A DNA stretch of 64,000 nt from Parcubacteria group bacterium (lineage in GTDB: Bacteria; Patescibacteriota; Minisyncoccia; Phycocordibacterales; Zambryskibacteraceae): NCBI GenBank assembly GCA_028286565.1, contig JAQBRH010000002.1, positions 17,876 to 81,875 on the forward strand, given 5' to 3'. Made by a program: the position numbers and the translations under genes. Positions 25,440 to 35,849 of this stretch are shown in pieces; positions within the stretch are counted from its first letter, which is position 1, and each line of letters opens with the position of its first letter. The notes below the pieces were generated by a model that saw only the letters and a program-made list of their open reading frames with translations, ran no database searches and was not told the origin of the DNA.

Positions 25440-26708
25440 TTGACAAGAATGCGCCTAATTGCTATAATTCTTTTAAACATGTATCAAAAAAGATCTAGTG
25501 GGCGAAGCGCCCATACAAGCGGTCCGAGCCGAAGCTCATCAAGACCCATGGGAGGCCCCGCACGCAGAAGCTTTGCTCCTCGACGCACCCCCCGCCACAC
25601 CGGCCAATATCTCGATCCAAAACTCTTTATCAACAAGGGTATCATTGTCGAAGAGTTCGATCATTTCGTGCCCGAGCACGCTTTCGAGGATTTTCTTATT
25701 GAAGAGAAATTAAAGAAGAATATCACTGATAAAGGCTATGTCGCACCGACATCGATCCAGGACCGCACCATCCCTCATATTCTGAAAGGCCAGGACGTGG
25801 TAGGGATCGCGAACACAGGCACCGGCAAGACCGCCGCCTTCCTCATCCCGCTTGTGAACAAGATGCTCAAGGATCCGAAGGGCTCTGTTCTCATCGTCGT
25901 CCCTACCCGCGAACTCGCCACTCAGATCAACGACGAACTAAAAGGATTCGCTCCGGGTACGGGCCTTTTTTCCGTCGTATGCGTGGGCGGTACGCCGATG
26001 GGCCCTCAGCTCCGCGACCTCAAATATAAGAACCACTTCATCATCGGCACTCCCGGACGCTTGAAGGATCTCATCGAGCGACGAGCTCTCGACCTTACCC
26101 AGACGGCTTCGGTCGTTCTCGATGAAGCCGATCGCATGCTCGACATGGGATTCATGCCCGACATGAAATTCATCATGGGCCTCTTGCCTCATGATCGCCA
26201 GACGCTTTTCTTCTCCGCCACCATGTCCAAAGAGATCGAGAAGCTTATTCATGAATTCCTAAGAGAACCGGTCTCCATCTCCGTGAAGACCCAGGATACC
26301 TCGAAGAACGTCGATCAGGACATCGTTCGCATGAAAGCGGGGGAGGACAAGCTTCAGGCCCTTGAAGATCTCCTTCGACAATCCGGATTCGACAAGGTCC
26401 TCATCTTCGGCCGCACCAAGCACGGCGTGGAAAGGCTCGCGAAGACCCTCACGGTCCGCGGGCTCTCCGCCGACTCGATCCACGGAGACAAGAGCCAGGG
26501 CCAGCGACAGCGCGCCTTGGACGCCTTCAAGCAGAACAAGATCCGCATCCTCGTCGCGACCGATGTGGCTGCCCGAGGACTCGATATCCCGAAAGTCTCT
26601 CACGTCATCAACTACGATGTCCCGGCGACCTATGAGGACTATATTCACCGCATCGGACGAACGGGGCGCGCAGGCCAGGTAGGCAAGGCCCTCACCTTCA
26701 TCGAGTAA
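25440..26708 (+). CDS. DEAD-box ATP-dependent RNA helicase with Arg/Ser-rich N-terminal extension
   Basis: Q-motif, ANTGTGKTAAF (motif I), VLDEADRMLDMGF (DEAD), SAT, HRIGRTGRAG (motif VI). Confidence 0.9.
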   Translation: MTRMRLIAIILLNMYQKRSSGRSAHTSGPSRSSSRPMGGPARRSFAPRRTPRHTGQYLDPKLFINKGIIVEEFDHFVPEHAFEDFLIEEKLKKNITDKGYVAPTSIQDRTIPHILKGQDVVGIANTGTGKTAAFLIPLVNKMLKDPKGSVLIVVPTRELATQINDELKGFAPGTGLFSVVCVGGTPMGPQLRDLKYKNHFIIGTPGRLKDLIERRALDLTQTASVVLDEADRMLDMGFMPDMKFIMGLLPHDRQTLFFSATMSKEIEKLIHEFLREPVSISVKTQDTSKNVDQDIVRMKAGEDKLQALEDLLRQSGFDKVLIFGRTKHGVERLAKTLTVRGLSADSIHGDKSQGQRQRALDAFKQNKIRILVATDVAARGLDIPKVSHVINYDVPATYEDYIHRIGRTGRAGQVGKALTFIE

Positions 26709-26765
26709 GAACCGCACTCGGCGTTCGTCTCCAAAACTATCCATACTCATCCATAACGAACTTTC

Positions 26766-27155
26766 ATGCCCTTACTCTTTCTCCTTGGCCGTGTGATCTT
26801 CGCCGTTTATTTCCTCGAAGCGGCTTATAACCACATCATCAACACGAACACTCTCGTCGGCTATGCACAATCAAAGGGAGTGCCCGAACCCCGCGCGGCC
26901 ATCATCCTTTCAGGATTCCTTCTTGCATTCGGCGGCGTGTCCGTCCTCTTCGGCGTCGCTCCTCGCGCCGGCCTTGCGGCTATCATTTTGTTCCTCCTCC
27001 CGGTTACTTATATGATGCATGCCTTTTGGAAGGAGACCGATCCGAAGCAGCGCCACCACGAGAAGATGGCCTTCCTAAAAAACCTCATGATCCTCGGCGC
27101 CTGCCTCATGCTCCTCTCCGTTCGCACCCCATGGGTCGCATCGCTCGGCGCATAA
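26766..27155 (+). CDS. DoxX-family membrane protein
   Basis: Four TM segments, RVIFAVYFLEAAYNHI start typical of DoxX. Confidence 0.6.
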   Translation: MPLLFLLGRVIFAVYFLEAAYNHIINTNTLVGYAQSKGVPEPRAAIILSGFLLAFGGVSVLFGVAPRAGLAAIILFLLPVTYMMHAFWKETDPKQRHHEKMAFLKNLMILGACLMLLSVRTPWVASLGA

Positions 27156-27218
27156 AAGTTTCCGCTCTGCACCATACTCAAGAGGTAAGGTACCTCTCCA
27201 AAAAACGTTTATATATGC

Positions 27219-28457
27219 ATGGAATCCGCATGGGAAATAGAGGGTTTCGAGCGCTATTCAAAGCTTAAAGAAGACACAGAGGCAGATGTGGCTATTATAG
27301 GCGGAGGCATGGCGGGCATGTGGGCCGCATATCTCTTGTCCAAAGAAGGAAAGAAAGTCGTCCTGATCGAAAAGGACAGGGTGGGAAGAGGGGAGACACT
27401 CTACACGACAGCTTTCATCACCGAAGAGATAGACACGGACCTCGTCGACCTTCTCGATATATTCGGCAAAAAGGACGCTCGGCTCTCGTGGCAGGCGGGG
27501 CGTGAGGCGATCGACCTCATCGAGTCGGTCATTAAAGAAGAGAATATAGATTGTGAATTCGAAAGAGGATCTCTTTTTGTCTATGCGGCGACGCCCGAAG
27601 AATTCAAGTCCCTTGAAGCGGAGGACAAGCTCGCCCGCAGCCTGGGATTCCAAACAAAATTACAAAAGGACCTCGATCTCGGATTTGAGCACGACGGGGC
27701 GTGGGAGATCGAAGACCAGGCTAAATTTCATCCTATGAAATTTTTTAAGGGCCTGCTTGAGGCTTCGATCAGAAACGGAGCCACTATCCATGAGAGAACC
27801 GAAGCGGATCGCATCCTTGGGAAAGATCCGATGAAAGTGGTAACCAAGGACGGCGCGAAGATCACCGCAAGGGATATCATCATCGCGACGTATAAGCCCT
27901 TCAACAATCCCGCGCCGACCCATTTTAAAAAAGGTATGTATGTGAGCTATGTCTATGAGCTTCGCATCAAGCCCGGGAGCGTCAGGCGGGGGATGTTCGA
28001 GGACCTCGAGAATCCGTACCACTATGTGCGCGTGGACCAACTGAACCACAAGTATGACAGGATGATCGTCGGAGGCGAGGATCACCGCGAAGAGCTGAAG
28101 CTTCCGCCGAAGAAAAACTTCACCGCTCTCGATGAGTACATCAAAGAAACATTCCCCACGCTCGAATATGTCATCGCTTCAAAATGGTCCGGGAAGATCC
28201 TCGAGCCGTCGGACGGACTCCCATTGATCGGCCCGGTCGAACCTCACATCTATGTAGCTTCGGCCTTTTCCGGGAACGGCATGACCTATTCGGCCATTTC
28301 CGGACGCATCCTCACCGACCTTATCCAAGGAAAGCCGAACGTCTACACGAGCCTGTATGATCCACAGAGATCCCTGTCTCCCAAGGCGCTTCTTAAGAAA
28401 GCCAAAGACTATGGGGGAGAGTTCCTGGGCGGCGCGGCTAAGAACATTTTTAAATAG
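27219..28457 (+). CDS. FAD-dependent oxidoreductase (DAO/glycine oxidase-like)
   Basis: N-terminal Rossmann DVAIIGGGMAGMWAAYLLSKEGKKVVLIEK dinucleotide-binding motif. Confidence 0.75.
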   Translation: MESAWEIEGFERYSKLKEDTEADVAIIGGGMAGMWAAYLLSKEGKKVVLIEKDRVGRGETLYTTAFITEEIDTDLVDLLDIFGKKDARLSWQAGREAIDLIESVIKEENIDCEFERGSLFVYAATPEEFKSLEAEDKLARSLGFQTKLQKDLDLGFEHDGAWEIEDQAKFHPMKFFKGLLEASIRNGATIHERTEADRILGKDPMKVVTKDGAKITARDIIIATYKPFNNPAPTHFKKGMYVSYVYELRIKPGSVRRGMFEDLENPYHYVRVDQLNHKYDRMIVGGEDHREELKLPPKKNFTALDEYIKETFPTLEYVIASKWSGKILEPSDGLPLIGPVEPHIYVASAFSGNGMTYSAISGRILTDLIQGKPNVYTSLYDPQRSLSPKALLKKAKDYGGEFLGGAAKNIFK

Positions 28458-28476
28458 TTAGTGCTACTATGTTCAT

Positions 28477-29022
28477 ATGATGAAAAGAACATGGTCCGCT
28501 TGGTTTCCCTTCGTGCTGCTTTCGAGTTTTTTCTCGATCACATTCTTTGCGGGGGTTCAGCAGGTAACCCGCTCGGGAGCGAATGACCCGCAGGTGGAGA
28601 TGAGCGAAGACGCCGTCTCGCACCTTGCGAACCCGGCCGCCAGTCCGCAATCCTTGGTCGATCCGGAAATAAATATCGAGAAAAGCCTTGCGCCGTACCT
28701 GATCATTTTTGATGACAAGAACGAAGCGGTCGCTTCGGGTGCTTCGCTCGACGGGTCGACCCCGGTCCCGCCTCGAGGAGTGTTCGAGTATCTCCGGTCG
28801 CACCCCGAGGATCGATTCACCTGGGAGCCGAAGTCAGGAGTGAGAAATGCGGTCGTCATGCGCAGGGTCGAAGGCCCGCATGCGGGGTTCGTCCTGGCCG
28901 GCCGCTCCATGCGGGAGACCGAGGCGAGAGTCGCAAACCTCGGCAGGCTCGTCTTCGCCGCATGGATAGCTTTCCTTGTTATTTCCTTCGGATATTCGTT
29001 CTACATTACCCGCAAACACTAA
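28477..29022 (+). CDS. Hypothetical membrane protein (N- and C-terminal TM)
   Basis: Hydrophobic termini; GC-rich ORF. Confidence 0.5.
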   Translation: MMKRTWSAWFPFVLLSSFFSITFFAGVQQVTRSGANDPQVEMSEDAVSHLANPAASPQSLVDPEINIEKSLAPYLIIFDDKNEAVASGASLDGSTPVPPRGVFEYLRSHPEDRFTWEPKSGVRNAVVMRRVEGPHAGFVLAGRSMRETEARVANLGRLVFAAWIAFLVISFGYSFYITRKH

Positions 29023-29092
29023 AAGCGAGAAAGACGAGCCCCGGCCCTGCGTCTCTATATACAGAGGTGAAGACCTCTCTAACTTATATCCA

Positions 29093-29578
29093 ATGAAAAA
29101 CCTCATTCTTATTATTCTTGCTCTGGTAGTGATCGCCGGAGCCTGGCTTCTCATCAGGAAGCCTTCCGTGACCACTCCGGTAGACACCACCGTGGTGAAC
29201 GTCGGCGGCTCAAGTCAAACTCCGGGGAATACAACTCCGACCGTAACGGGTACTTCGATCATCGTTACCACTCCCGCTGCGGGCGCCACGACCACGTCTC
29301 CCATCAGCTTGTCCGGGAACGCTCAAGGCAGCTGGTTCTTTGAAGCGTCGGCTCCCGTTCTCATCATGGACGCAGCCGGCAAGACGCTCGGGCAAGGCAC
29401 TATCCATGCGACCGGAGATTGGATGACCACCGCCTATGTGCCCTTCACCGGTTCGGTGGCGTATACGCTCCCGGTCGGGACCACGACCGAAGGGTTCGTT
29501 ATCTTCATGAACGATAATCCGTCCGGTGATCCGGCAAGGTCCGTCTCGATCCGAGTCCCTGTCCACTTCAAGAGATAA
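29093..29578 (+). CDS. Hypothetical secreted protein (signal anchor MKNLILIILALVVIAGAWLL); ORF-track start 28976 probably spurious
   Basis: Signal peptide at internal Met; bidirectional terminator ACTCCCC-GAC-GGGGAGT plus T-run at 29580-29609. Confidence 0.5.
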   Translation: MKNLILIILALVVIAGAWLLIRKPSVTTPVDTTVVNVGGSSQTPGNTTPTVTGTSIIVTTPAAGATTTSPISLSGNAQGSWFFEASAPVLIMDAAGKTLGQGTIHATGDWMTTAYVPFTGSVAYTLPVGTTTEGFVIFMNDNPSGDPARSVSIRVPVHFKR

Positions 29579-29611
29579 TAAAAAAACTCCCCGACGGGGA
29601 GTTTTTTGCGT

Positions 29612-30340
29612 CTACTGAGTTTCAGGCTGATCTTCGGAGCCGGCTTGGTTTTCAAGGCCGAAGGGGAGGGAATTCCTGACAGGAACCTTCTTGATGAGTC
29701 TGATGATCTCATCTTCATCGTCGGTGATGGTGAAGAGGGTGAGGTCTTCGGCGGAGATGGTGCCTCGGGCGATGAGGTTTTCTTGCATGAACCTCTCAAG
29801 CGACTTCCAGTAGTCCGAACCGACGCAGATGATGGGTACGCCGACGACCTTTCTCGTCTGAACGAGGGTGATGATCTCAAAGAACTCGTCGAGCGTGCCG
29901 TAGCCGCCGGGGAAGAAGATAAAGGCTTCCGCCGAGAAGGAGAGGATCACCTTGCGGACGAAAAAGTAATACGAATTAATGGCTTTCGATATGTATTTGT
30001 TCACGATCTGCTCGTGGGGAAGCTGGATGGTCAAGCCGACCGATGTCCCCGAAGCTTCGCTCGCTCCGCGGTTCGCCGCTTCCATGATGCCGGGGCCTCC
30101 TCCGGTGATGACCGAATAGCCGAGGTCCTTGACGATCCGAGAGGCCAGGGACCGGGCTTTTATATAATACGGGTTCTCTTCTGTGAACTGAGTCGAACCG
30201 AAAAAAGTGACCGACTGGGGATATTCTTCGAGAAACTTGAATCCGTCCGTAAATTCTTTGCTAATTTCTGATACGCGCTCGGCGGCGACTTTCTGCATCT
30301 CTTCGCGCGTGAGGGTAAAGCTGTTTTCCTGTGATTGCAT
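29612..30340 (-). CDS. LOG-family protein (TIGR00730; cytokinin riboside 5'-monophosphate phosphoribohydrolase-like)
   Basis: VTFFGSTQF, ITGGGPGIMEAANRGA, PGGYGTLDEFFEI signature blocks of LOG/YvdD family. Confidence 0.8.
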   Translation of the reverse strand: MQSQENSFTLTREEMQKVAAERVSEISKEFTDGFKFLEEYPQSVTFFGSTQFTEENPYYIKARSLASRIVKDLGYSVITGGGPGIMEAANRGASEASGTSVGLTIQLPHEQIVNKYISKAINSYYFFVRKVILSFSAEAFIFFPGGYGTLDEFFEIITLVQTRKVVGVPIICVGSDYWKSLERFMQENLIARGTISAEDLTLFTITDDEDEIIRLIKKVPVRNSLPFGLENQAGSEDQPETQ

Positions 30341-30404
30341 GGGGACATCATATCAAGTGGATATCCCATTGGCCACAGGCCGGAAAGATTTGTATACTAG
30401 AAAG

Positions 30405-30881
30405 ATGAAAAAATTGAACAAAAACCAATGGATAGCAGTGGCTTCAGGAATCGGACTTCTGGCCGCGCTCTTTTATGGAGGCACTATCTTGAATCTTTTT
30501 AATCAGAACCCTAATACATTACAAACTATGGCAACAGAGACGACCGGAGTAAAAATAGAAAACATCACGAACGGACAAGGCGACGTGGCGGCAGCCGGCG
30601 ACACTGTCACTGTGAACTACGTCGGGACCCTCACGGACGGCAAGGTCTTCGACAGCTCGATCGATCGCGGACAGCCTTTCACCTTCCAGCTCGGAGTCGG
30701 CCAAGTCATTCGCGGATGGGATGAAGGAGTGGCAGGTATGCGAGTCGGAGGCAAGCGACGATTGACCATCTCTCCCGATTTCGGATACGGCGCTCAGACC
30801 GTCGGACCGATCCCGGCGAATTCCACTCTTATGTTCGATGTTGATCTCTTGAAGGTCCAGCATCCGGTCCAGGCACAATAA
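30405..30881 (+). CDS. FKBP-type peptidyl-prolyl cis-trans isomerase with signal anchor (ORF-track start 30207 overlaps LOG gene and is likely spurious)
   Basis: GDTVTVNYVGTLTDGKVFDSS...FQLGVGQVIRGWDEGVAGMRVGGKRRLTISPDFGYG FKBP domain. Confidence 0.8.
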   Translation: MKKLNKNQWIAVASGIGLLAALFYGGTILNLFNQNPNTLQTMATETTGVKIENITNGQGDVAAAGDTVTVNYVGTLTDGKVFDSSIDRGQPFTFQLGVGQVIRGWDEGVAGMRVGGKRRLTISPDFGYGAQTVGPIPANSTLMFDVDLLKVQHPVQAQ

Positions 30882-30886
30882 TCCGT

Positions 30887-31501
30887 ATGGAGATCCATCT
30901 CCACCACGCGTATCTCTTGGAAGGCGCGCCTCTTGAAGGGGAGCGTTTTCTTTCTTCCATGCTCGAGGGTATCGGCTTTTCTCGAAAGGGGAATCCTGAC
31001 TATGCGGAGTTCAATGAAGAAGCCTTTAGCGTCGATGATGCCCGCAGGCTTAGGGATATGGCCGGAGGCAAGCCATTTGGCGATAAAAAAGTGTTTGCGG
31101 TGAAGACGCGTAGATTTTCGGATGGAGCGCAGAACGCGCTTTTAAAGACGCTTGAGGAGCCGATCCTGAACACGCATTTCTTCCTTCTTTTTGAAGACCG
31201 GGAATTGCTCCTGCCCACGCTTTTGTCCCGCCTGTCCGTTGTTCGTGTAGGCAGAGGAGAAGAGAACAACAAAGAGGCGGAAGAGTTTCTCACCATGAAC
31301 CCGTCGCAAAGGCTGTTATTCGTGAAGAAATTCATTGATAAGGAAAAGTCCCTTGCTCCCTTCCTCGATTCGCTTCTCTTGATACTTCGCGCCAAAGGGT
31401 CCGATGATATTAAAAAAGTGTTTCCTCTCCGCCTCTACGCCGACGATCCTTCCGCTTCGGGCCGGCTTATCCTCGAACATCTCTCTCTGGCCCTTCGGTA
31501 A
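30887..31501 (+). CDS. DNA polymerase III delta-prime-like clamp-loader subunit (degenerate AAA+, no P-loop)
   Basis: HHAYLLEG, AQNALLKTLEEP, LLSRLSVV sensor motif parallel HolB/DnaX blocks; Walker A absent as typical of delta-prime. Confidence 0.55.
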   Translation: MEIHLHHAYLLEGAPLEGERFLSSMLEGIGFSRKGNPDYAEFNEEAFSVDDARRLRDMAGGKPFGDKKVFAVKTRRFSDGAQNALLKTLEEPILNTHFFLLFEDRELLLPTLLSRLSVVRVGRGEENNKEAEEFLTMNPSQRLLFVKKFIDKEKSLAPFLDSLLLILRAKGSDDIKKVFPLRLYADDPSASGRLILEHLSLALR

Positions 31502-31520
31502 AATAATGTTAAAATAGGCT

Positions 31521-32063
31521 ATGGCATACAACTTCCAACCATTTAAGGCCGCCACTGAGGCGACGTTCGAGTGGCTCAAATCCGAATTCACCGGGCTTCG
31601 TACTGGCCGAGCGACCCCGAGCATTCTCGATGTCATCACCGTCACGGCCTACGGCGGCACTCGCATGCAGATCAGAGAGCTCGCGACCGTATCCGTCGAA
31701 GACCCCCGCACGCTCCGATTGTCTCCGTGGGACAAGTCCGTCATCAAAGACGTGGACTCGGCCATTCGTGAATCGAATCTCGGCCTCTCTGTGGCCGTCG
31801 ATGGGGATGGGATCCGCGTTTCTTTCCCGGAACTGACCGCCGACAGGCGCTTGAGCCTCATAAAGGTGGCCAAAGAAAAGCTCGAAGAAGCCCGCATCAG
31901 GATCAGGAACGAACGCCAGCGAGCGCTCGGGGAGATCGATCGCGGAGAGACGGGAGACGATGATAAGGCCCGCTCGAAGACCGAGCTCCAAAAGCTCGTC
32001 GATGATGCGAACGCCAAGCTTGAAGACCTCACTGCCAAGAAAGAAAAAGAAATCTCCGAATAA
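31521..32063 (+). CDS. frr: Ribosome recycling factor
   Basis: Full-length similarity pattern to RRF incl. C-terminal coiled region LEEARIRIRNERQRAL. Confidence 0.85.
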   Translation: MAYNFQPFKAATEATFEWLKSEFTGLRTGRATPSILDVITVTAYGGTRMQIRELATVSVEDPRTLRLSPWDKSVIKDVDSAIRESNLGLSVAVDGDGIRVSFPELTADRRLSLIKVAKEKLEEARIRIRNERQRALGEIDRGETGDDDKARSKTELQKLVDDANAKLEDLTAKKEKEISE

Positions 32064-33139
32064 TGTCCCTCCTCTACTTTTTTATAATTCTCTCGGTCCT
32101 CGTCATCGTCCACGAGCTTGGGCACTTTCTCGTAGCCAAATATTTTAAGATCCGCGTGGATGAATTCGGCCTCGGATATCCGCCTCGGGCGACGTCCTTG
32201 TTCTCATGGAAAGGAACTCTCTTTACATTGAACTGGCTGCCGTTCGGAGGGTTCGTGAAGATCTTTGGAGAAAACCCAAATGAACAAGGCGAAGAGACCT
32301 CGGCGAACAGCTTTCAGTCTAAAAACCGCGGGATCCAGGCAGCGGTCCTTGTCGCCGGCGTAGTGGGGAACTTCCTCTTCGCGTGGCTCCTCATCTCGGT
32401 CGGGTTCATGTCCGGGCTGCCTTCGCCGATGGGAGTCGGTCTTCCCGTCTTGGATGCTCATACGGTCATCACCACTGTCCTCAAGGATTCCCCGGCTGAC
32501 CTCGCCGGGCTCAAATCCGGAGACGCGCTTCAAAAGTTATTGAGAGATACGCAAGAAGCGGATATTTCTCCTCTGCCAGCTTCAGAATTTATCGGCTCTT
32601 CGCCCGAACCTCTGACCTTCGTCGTCACTCGAGGATCGGAAACGCTTACAAAGGTCATCACCCCAAAGGACGGCATCGTCGCGGGCAAGGTCGGCGTCGG
32701 AGTGGCTCTCGACACCGTGGGCACGGTCAAACTTCCTTTCTTTAAGGCCCTGTACGAAGGGTTCAAAGTGACCGCCCGGCTGACATACCTCACAGCCACC
32801 GCCCTTTTGAAATTCATCGGACAAGCTATAACCGGCCGCGCGGACCTTTCTCAAGTGACGGGTCCTGTCGGGCTTGTGGGCATGGTCGGGGATGTACGAG
32901 TGCTTGGGTTTGTCTACCTCCTCTCCTTTACGGCGCTTATCTCCATTAACCTTTCCGTAGTGAATCTCCTGCCCATTCCGGCGCTCGACGGCGGCCGCCT
33001 TCTCTTCGTCGCAATAGAAACCGTCTTGAGACGTCCTATATCACCAAAGGTCTTCAACAGAGCGAATATGATCGGCTTCACGCTCCTTATCATCCTCATG
33101 CTCCTTGTTACCTTTAGGGATATCATGCATTTGATATAA
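32063..33139 (+). CDS. rseP: RIP zinc metalloprotease (site-2 protease, M50) RseP-like with PDZ domain
   Basis: HELGHFLVAK (HExxH in TM1), PDZ region, NLLPIPALDGGRL (LDG motif). Confidence 0.85.
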   Translation: MSLLYFFIILSVLVIVHELGHFLVAKYFKIRVDEFGLGYPPRATSLFSWKGTLFTLNWLPFGGFVKIFGENPNEQGEETSANSFQSKNRGIQAAVLVAGVVGNFLFAWLLISVGFMSGLPSPMGVGLPVLDAHTVITTVLKDSPADLAGLKSGDALQKLLRDTQEADISPLPASEFIGSSPEPLTFVVTRGSETLTKVITPKDGIVAGKVGVGVALDTVGTVKLPFFKALYEGFKVTARLTYLTATALLKFIGQAITGRADLSQVTGPVGLVGMVGDVRVLGFVYLLSFTALISINLSVVNLLPIPALDGGRLLFVAIETVLRRPISPKVFNRANMIGFTLLIILMLLVTFRDIMHLI

Positions 33140-33146
33140 TATTTTT

Positions 33147-33494
33147 ATGAAATTTTTCTCAAAAGCCGAAGGTCCTACGGAAGAAAATATTGATCGACCA
33201 AGAAGTGCGATCGAGCAGAAGATGTATTTGCATACTGAAGGCAAGCTAATGCGCGACTATATAGTGCGTCGAGGGATCTCTCCTGCAGATGAAGAAGGTA
33301 CCAGCAAGGCCGTCCAAGAATGGATAGATACGTACGCATCTGATTATGAAAAAGTGTTCGCAGAAATGTTGAAGCAAGAGCCCGATCTCGTTCAACGCTG
33401 GAGCTCAGAAATAGACACCACATTTCACTCTATGGTCGATAATCTTGAGCATAGGCTCTATCATGCCGACTCAGGGTCAGAAAGAGCCGCCTAG
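33147..33494 (+). CDS. Hypothetical protein (115 aa)
   Basis: ORF with consistent codon usage between rseP and proS. Confidence 0.4.
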   Translation: MKFFSKAEGPTEENIDRPRSAIEQKMYLHTEGKLMRDYIVRRGISPADEEGTSKAVQEWIDTYASDYEKVFAEMLKQEPDLVQRWSSEIDTTFHSMVDNLEHRLYHADSGSERAA

Positions 33495-33531
33495 CTTTGT
33501 TTTTGGGTCTTCTTTCAAGTAAAATAGGCGA

Positions 33532-34782
33532 ATGAGACAATCCGCCCTATTTACAAAGACCCGCAAGGAAGCCCCTGCTGATGAGACAGCGAAGAACGCC
33601 ATGCTCCTTATCAGGGCCGGTTTTATACATAAAGAAATGGCCGGGGTCTACTCCATCCTCCCGCTCGGGCTCCGCGTCGTAAAAAAGATCAAAGACATCA
33701 TCTCCGGAGAGATGGAGAAGCTCGGCTCAAGCGAACTTATCATGTCGACGCTTCAGGCCAAGGAGCTATGGGAAAAGACAGACCGCTGGTCGGATGAGAA
33801 GGTGGACATCTGGTTCAAGTCCGCACTGAAGAGCGGGACCGAGGTCGGATTCGGCTGGTCTCATGAAGAGCCGATCACCAACCTCATGAAGTATCACGTC
33901 GGGAGCTATGCAGATCTCCCCGTCTTTGTGCATCAATTTCAAAACAAGCTGAGGAACGAGACGCGGGCTAAGTCGGGCATCATGCGCTGTAGGGAGTTCG
34001 TTATGAAGGACATGTATTCGTATGCGACGACCGAAGAAGAGCACATGGATTTTTATAACAAGACGAGCACGGCGTACATGAACGTCTTCAAGGCTCTCGG
34101 CCTCGGAGACATAACCTATGTTACTTCCGCATCCGGCGGCGTTTTCACCGACAAGTTCAGCCATGAATTCCAAACTCTCTGCGATGCGGGCGAAGACAAT
34201 ATCTATCTCTCGAAGGACGGAACAACCGCGCTTAACGAAGAGGTGTTCAATGATGAGACTCTGGAAAAAATGGGCAAGTCTAAAGAAGATTTCGAGCTTA
34301 AAAAAGCCGCAGAAGTGGGAAATATCTTTACCTTCGGGACAAAAAAATGTGAAGAACTGGATGTGTATTTTACGGACAAGGACGGTCAAAAGAAACCGGT
34401 GTTCCTGGGTTCATACGGCATAGGAGTGACGCGCCTCATGGGGGTCGTGGCGGAAATATTCGGAGATGAGAACGGCCTTGTCTGGCCCGCATCCATCGCT
34501 CCGTTCCGGGCGCATCTCCTGGTCCTGTCGGAAGACCCTTTGGTAAAGGAGCTCGCGGACGAAGTCTATACAACCCTCTCGGCCGAAGGCGTCGATGTCC
34601 TCTACGACGATCGAAATCTCCGCGCCGGTGAAAAATTCGCCGACTCCGACCTCATCGGCATTCCGACCCGCATTATCGTCGGGAACAAGACGATCGAATC
34701 AAAAATGTTTGAAGTGAAGGACCGCGCCACCGGAGAGACGAGCCAGATGTCTCTCGAGCATCTCTTAACCGAATTACAGTAA
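33532..34782 (+). CDS. proS: Prolyl-tRNA synthetase, short form (416 aa) lacking editing insertion
   Basis: Class II motif 2 LRNETRAKSGIMRCREFVMKDMYSY and C-terminal anticodon-binding domain. Confidence 0.75.
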   Translation: MRQSALFTKTRKEAPADETAKNAMLLIRAGFIHKEMAGVYSILPLGLRVVKKIKDIISGEMEKLGSSELIMSTLQAKELWEKTDRWSDEKVDIWFKSALKSGTEVGFGWSHEEPITNLMKYHVGSYADLPVFVHQFQNKLRNETRAKSGIMRCREFVMKDMYSYATTEEEHMDFYNKTSTAYMNVFKALGLGDITYVTSASGGVFTDKFSHEFQTLCDAGEDNIYLSKDGTTALNEEVFNDETLEKMGKSKEDFELKKAAEVGNIFTFGTKKCEELDVYFTDKDGQKKPVFLGSYGIGVTRLMGVVAEIFGDENGLVWPASIAPFRAHLLVLSEDPLVKELADEVYTTLSAEGVDVLYDDRNLRAGEKFADSDLIGIPTRIIVGNKTIESKMFEVKDRATGETSQMSLEHLLTELQ

Positions 34783-35849
34783 TGGCCGATTTTTTTGGAA
34801 AAGAACGAATGCGACGAATGCTCTCGCATGATATAGGCATCGACCTTGGGACGGCGAACACCCTCGTCTACGTTCGCGGCAAAGGCATCCTCATCAACGA
34901 ACCCTCGGTCGTTGCCGTGAACCAGAAGACCGGACAAGTAGTGGCCGTAGGGGCCGCGGCCAAGGAGATGCTTGGCCGAACTCCGGCCCACATCGAAGCG
35001 GTCAAGCCTCTGGTCGACGGCGTGATCTCCGATTTCGAAGTGACCGAAGAGATGATCTCCTACCTTTTGAACCGCGCTCAGGAGAACAACAAAAAAGCCT
35101 TTGGCCCTCGCGTCGTGGTGGGCGTCCCGTCAGGGATAACGAACGTCGAGATCCGCGCGGTCCGAGACGCAACGAGGAATGCCGGAGCGGGGGAAGTCTT
35201 CATTATCGAAGAACCGATGGCGGCGGCGATCGGCATGCGCCTGCCGATCCACGAGCCGGTCGGCAGCATGGTGGTGGACATCGGCGGAGGAACTTCGGAC
35301 ATCGCCGTTCTCTCCATGGGCGGAATGGTCAGGACAAAGAATCTCCGAATCGCCGGCGACCGCTTCAACGACGATATCATTTCTTATATTCGAAACCAGT
35401 TTAAAATACTTATCGGGGAGAAGACGGCGGAGAGGGTCAAGCACGCGATCGGTTCGGTTATACCGGGAGACGAGCCTCTCGAAGCCTCGATCAAGGGCCG
35501 AGACCTCATCACCGGCCTCCCACGCGAAGTGATCGTCACGGACACGGACATTCGAGAGGCGCTCTCCGGGTCGATCGAGGCCTTGGTCAATTCTATCCGC
35601 GAGGTGCTCGAATCCACTCCTCCGGAGATCCTGGCGGACATCATGCAACGGGGAATATACCTCGCGGGCGGCGGAGCGCTTATCTCCGGGCTCGGAGAGC
35701 TCATCGCGAGCGAGGTGAATATCCCCGTGCACGTCACCGCGGACCCTTTGACCGCCGTCGCGCGCGGCACCGGAGTGATCCTCGAAAATCTGGATCTCTA
35801 TAGAGATATTTTAATAGAAAATGAAGACGCCTTACCTCCAAAGAAATAG
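34782..35849 (+). CDS. mreB: Rod shape-determining protein MreB
   Basis: DIGIDLGTANTLVYV actin-fold phosphate-1 motif and full-length MreB pattern. Confidence 0.9.
   Translation: MADFFGKERMRRMLSHDIGIDLGTANTLVYVRGKGILINEPSVVAVNQKTGQVVAVGAAAKEMLGRTPAHIEAVKPLVDGVISDFEVTEEMISYLLNRAQENNKKAFGPRVVVGVPSGITNVEIRAVRDATRNAGAGEVFIIEEPMAAAIGMRLPIHEPVGSMVVDIGGGTSDIAVLSMGGMVRTKNLRIAGDRFNDDIISYIRNQFKILIGEKTAERVKHAIGSVIPGDEPLEASIKGRDLITGLPREVIVTDTDIREALSGSIEALVNSIREVLESTPPEILADIMQRGIYLAGGGALISGLGELIASEVNIPVHVTADPLTAVARGTGVILENLDLYRDILIENEDALPPKK

Noticed and set aside
35130-35770. Minus-strand ORFs inside mreB
   Set aside because: Antisense to the conserved MreB actin fold.
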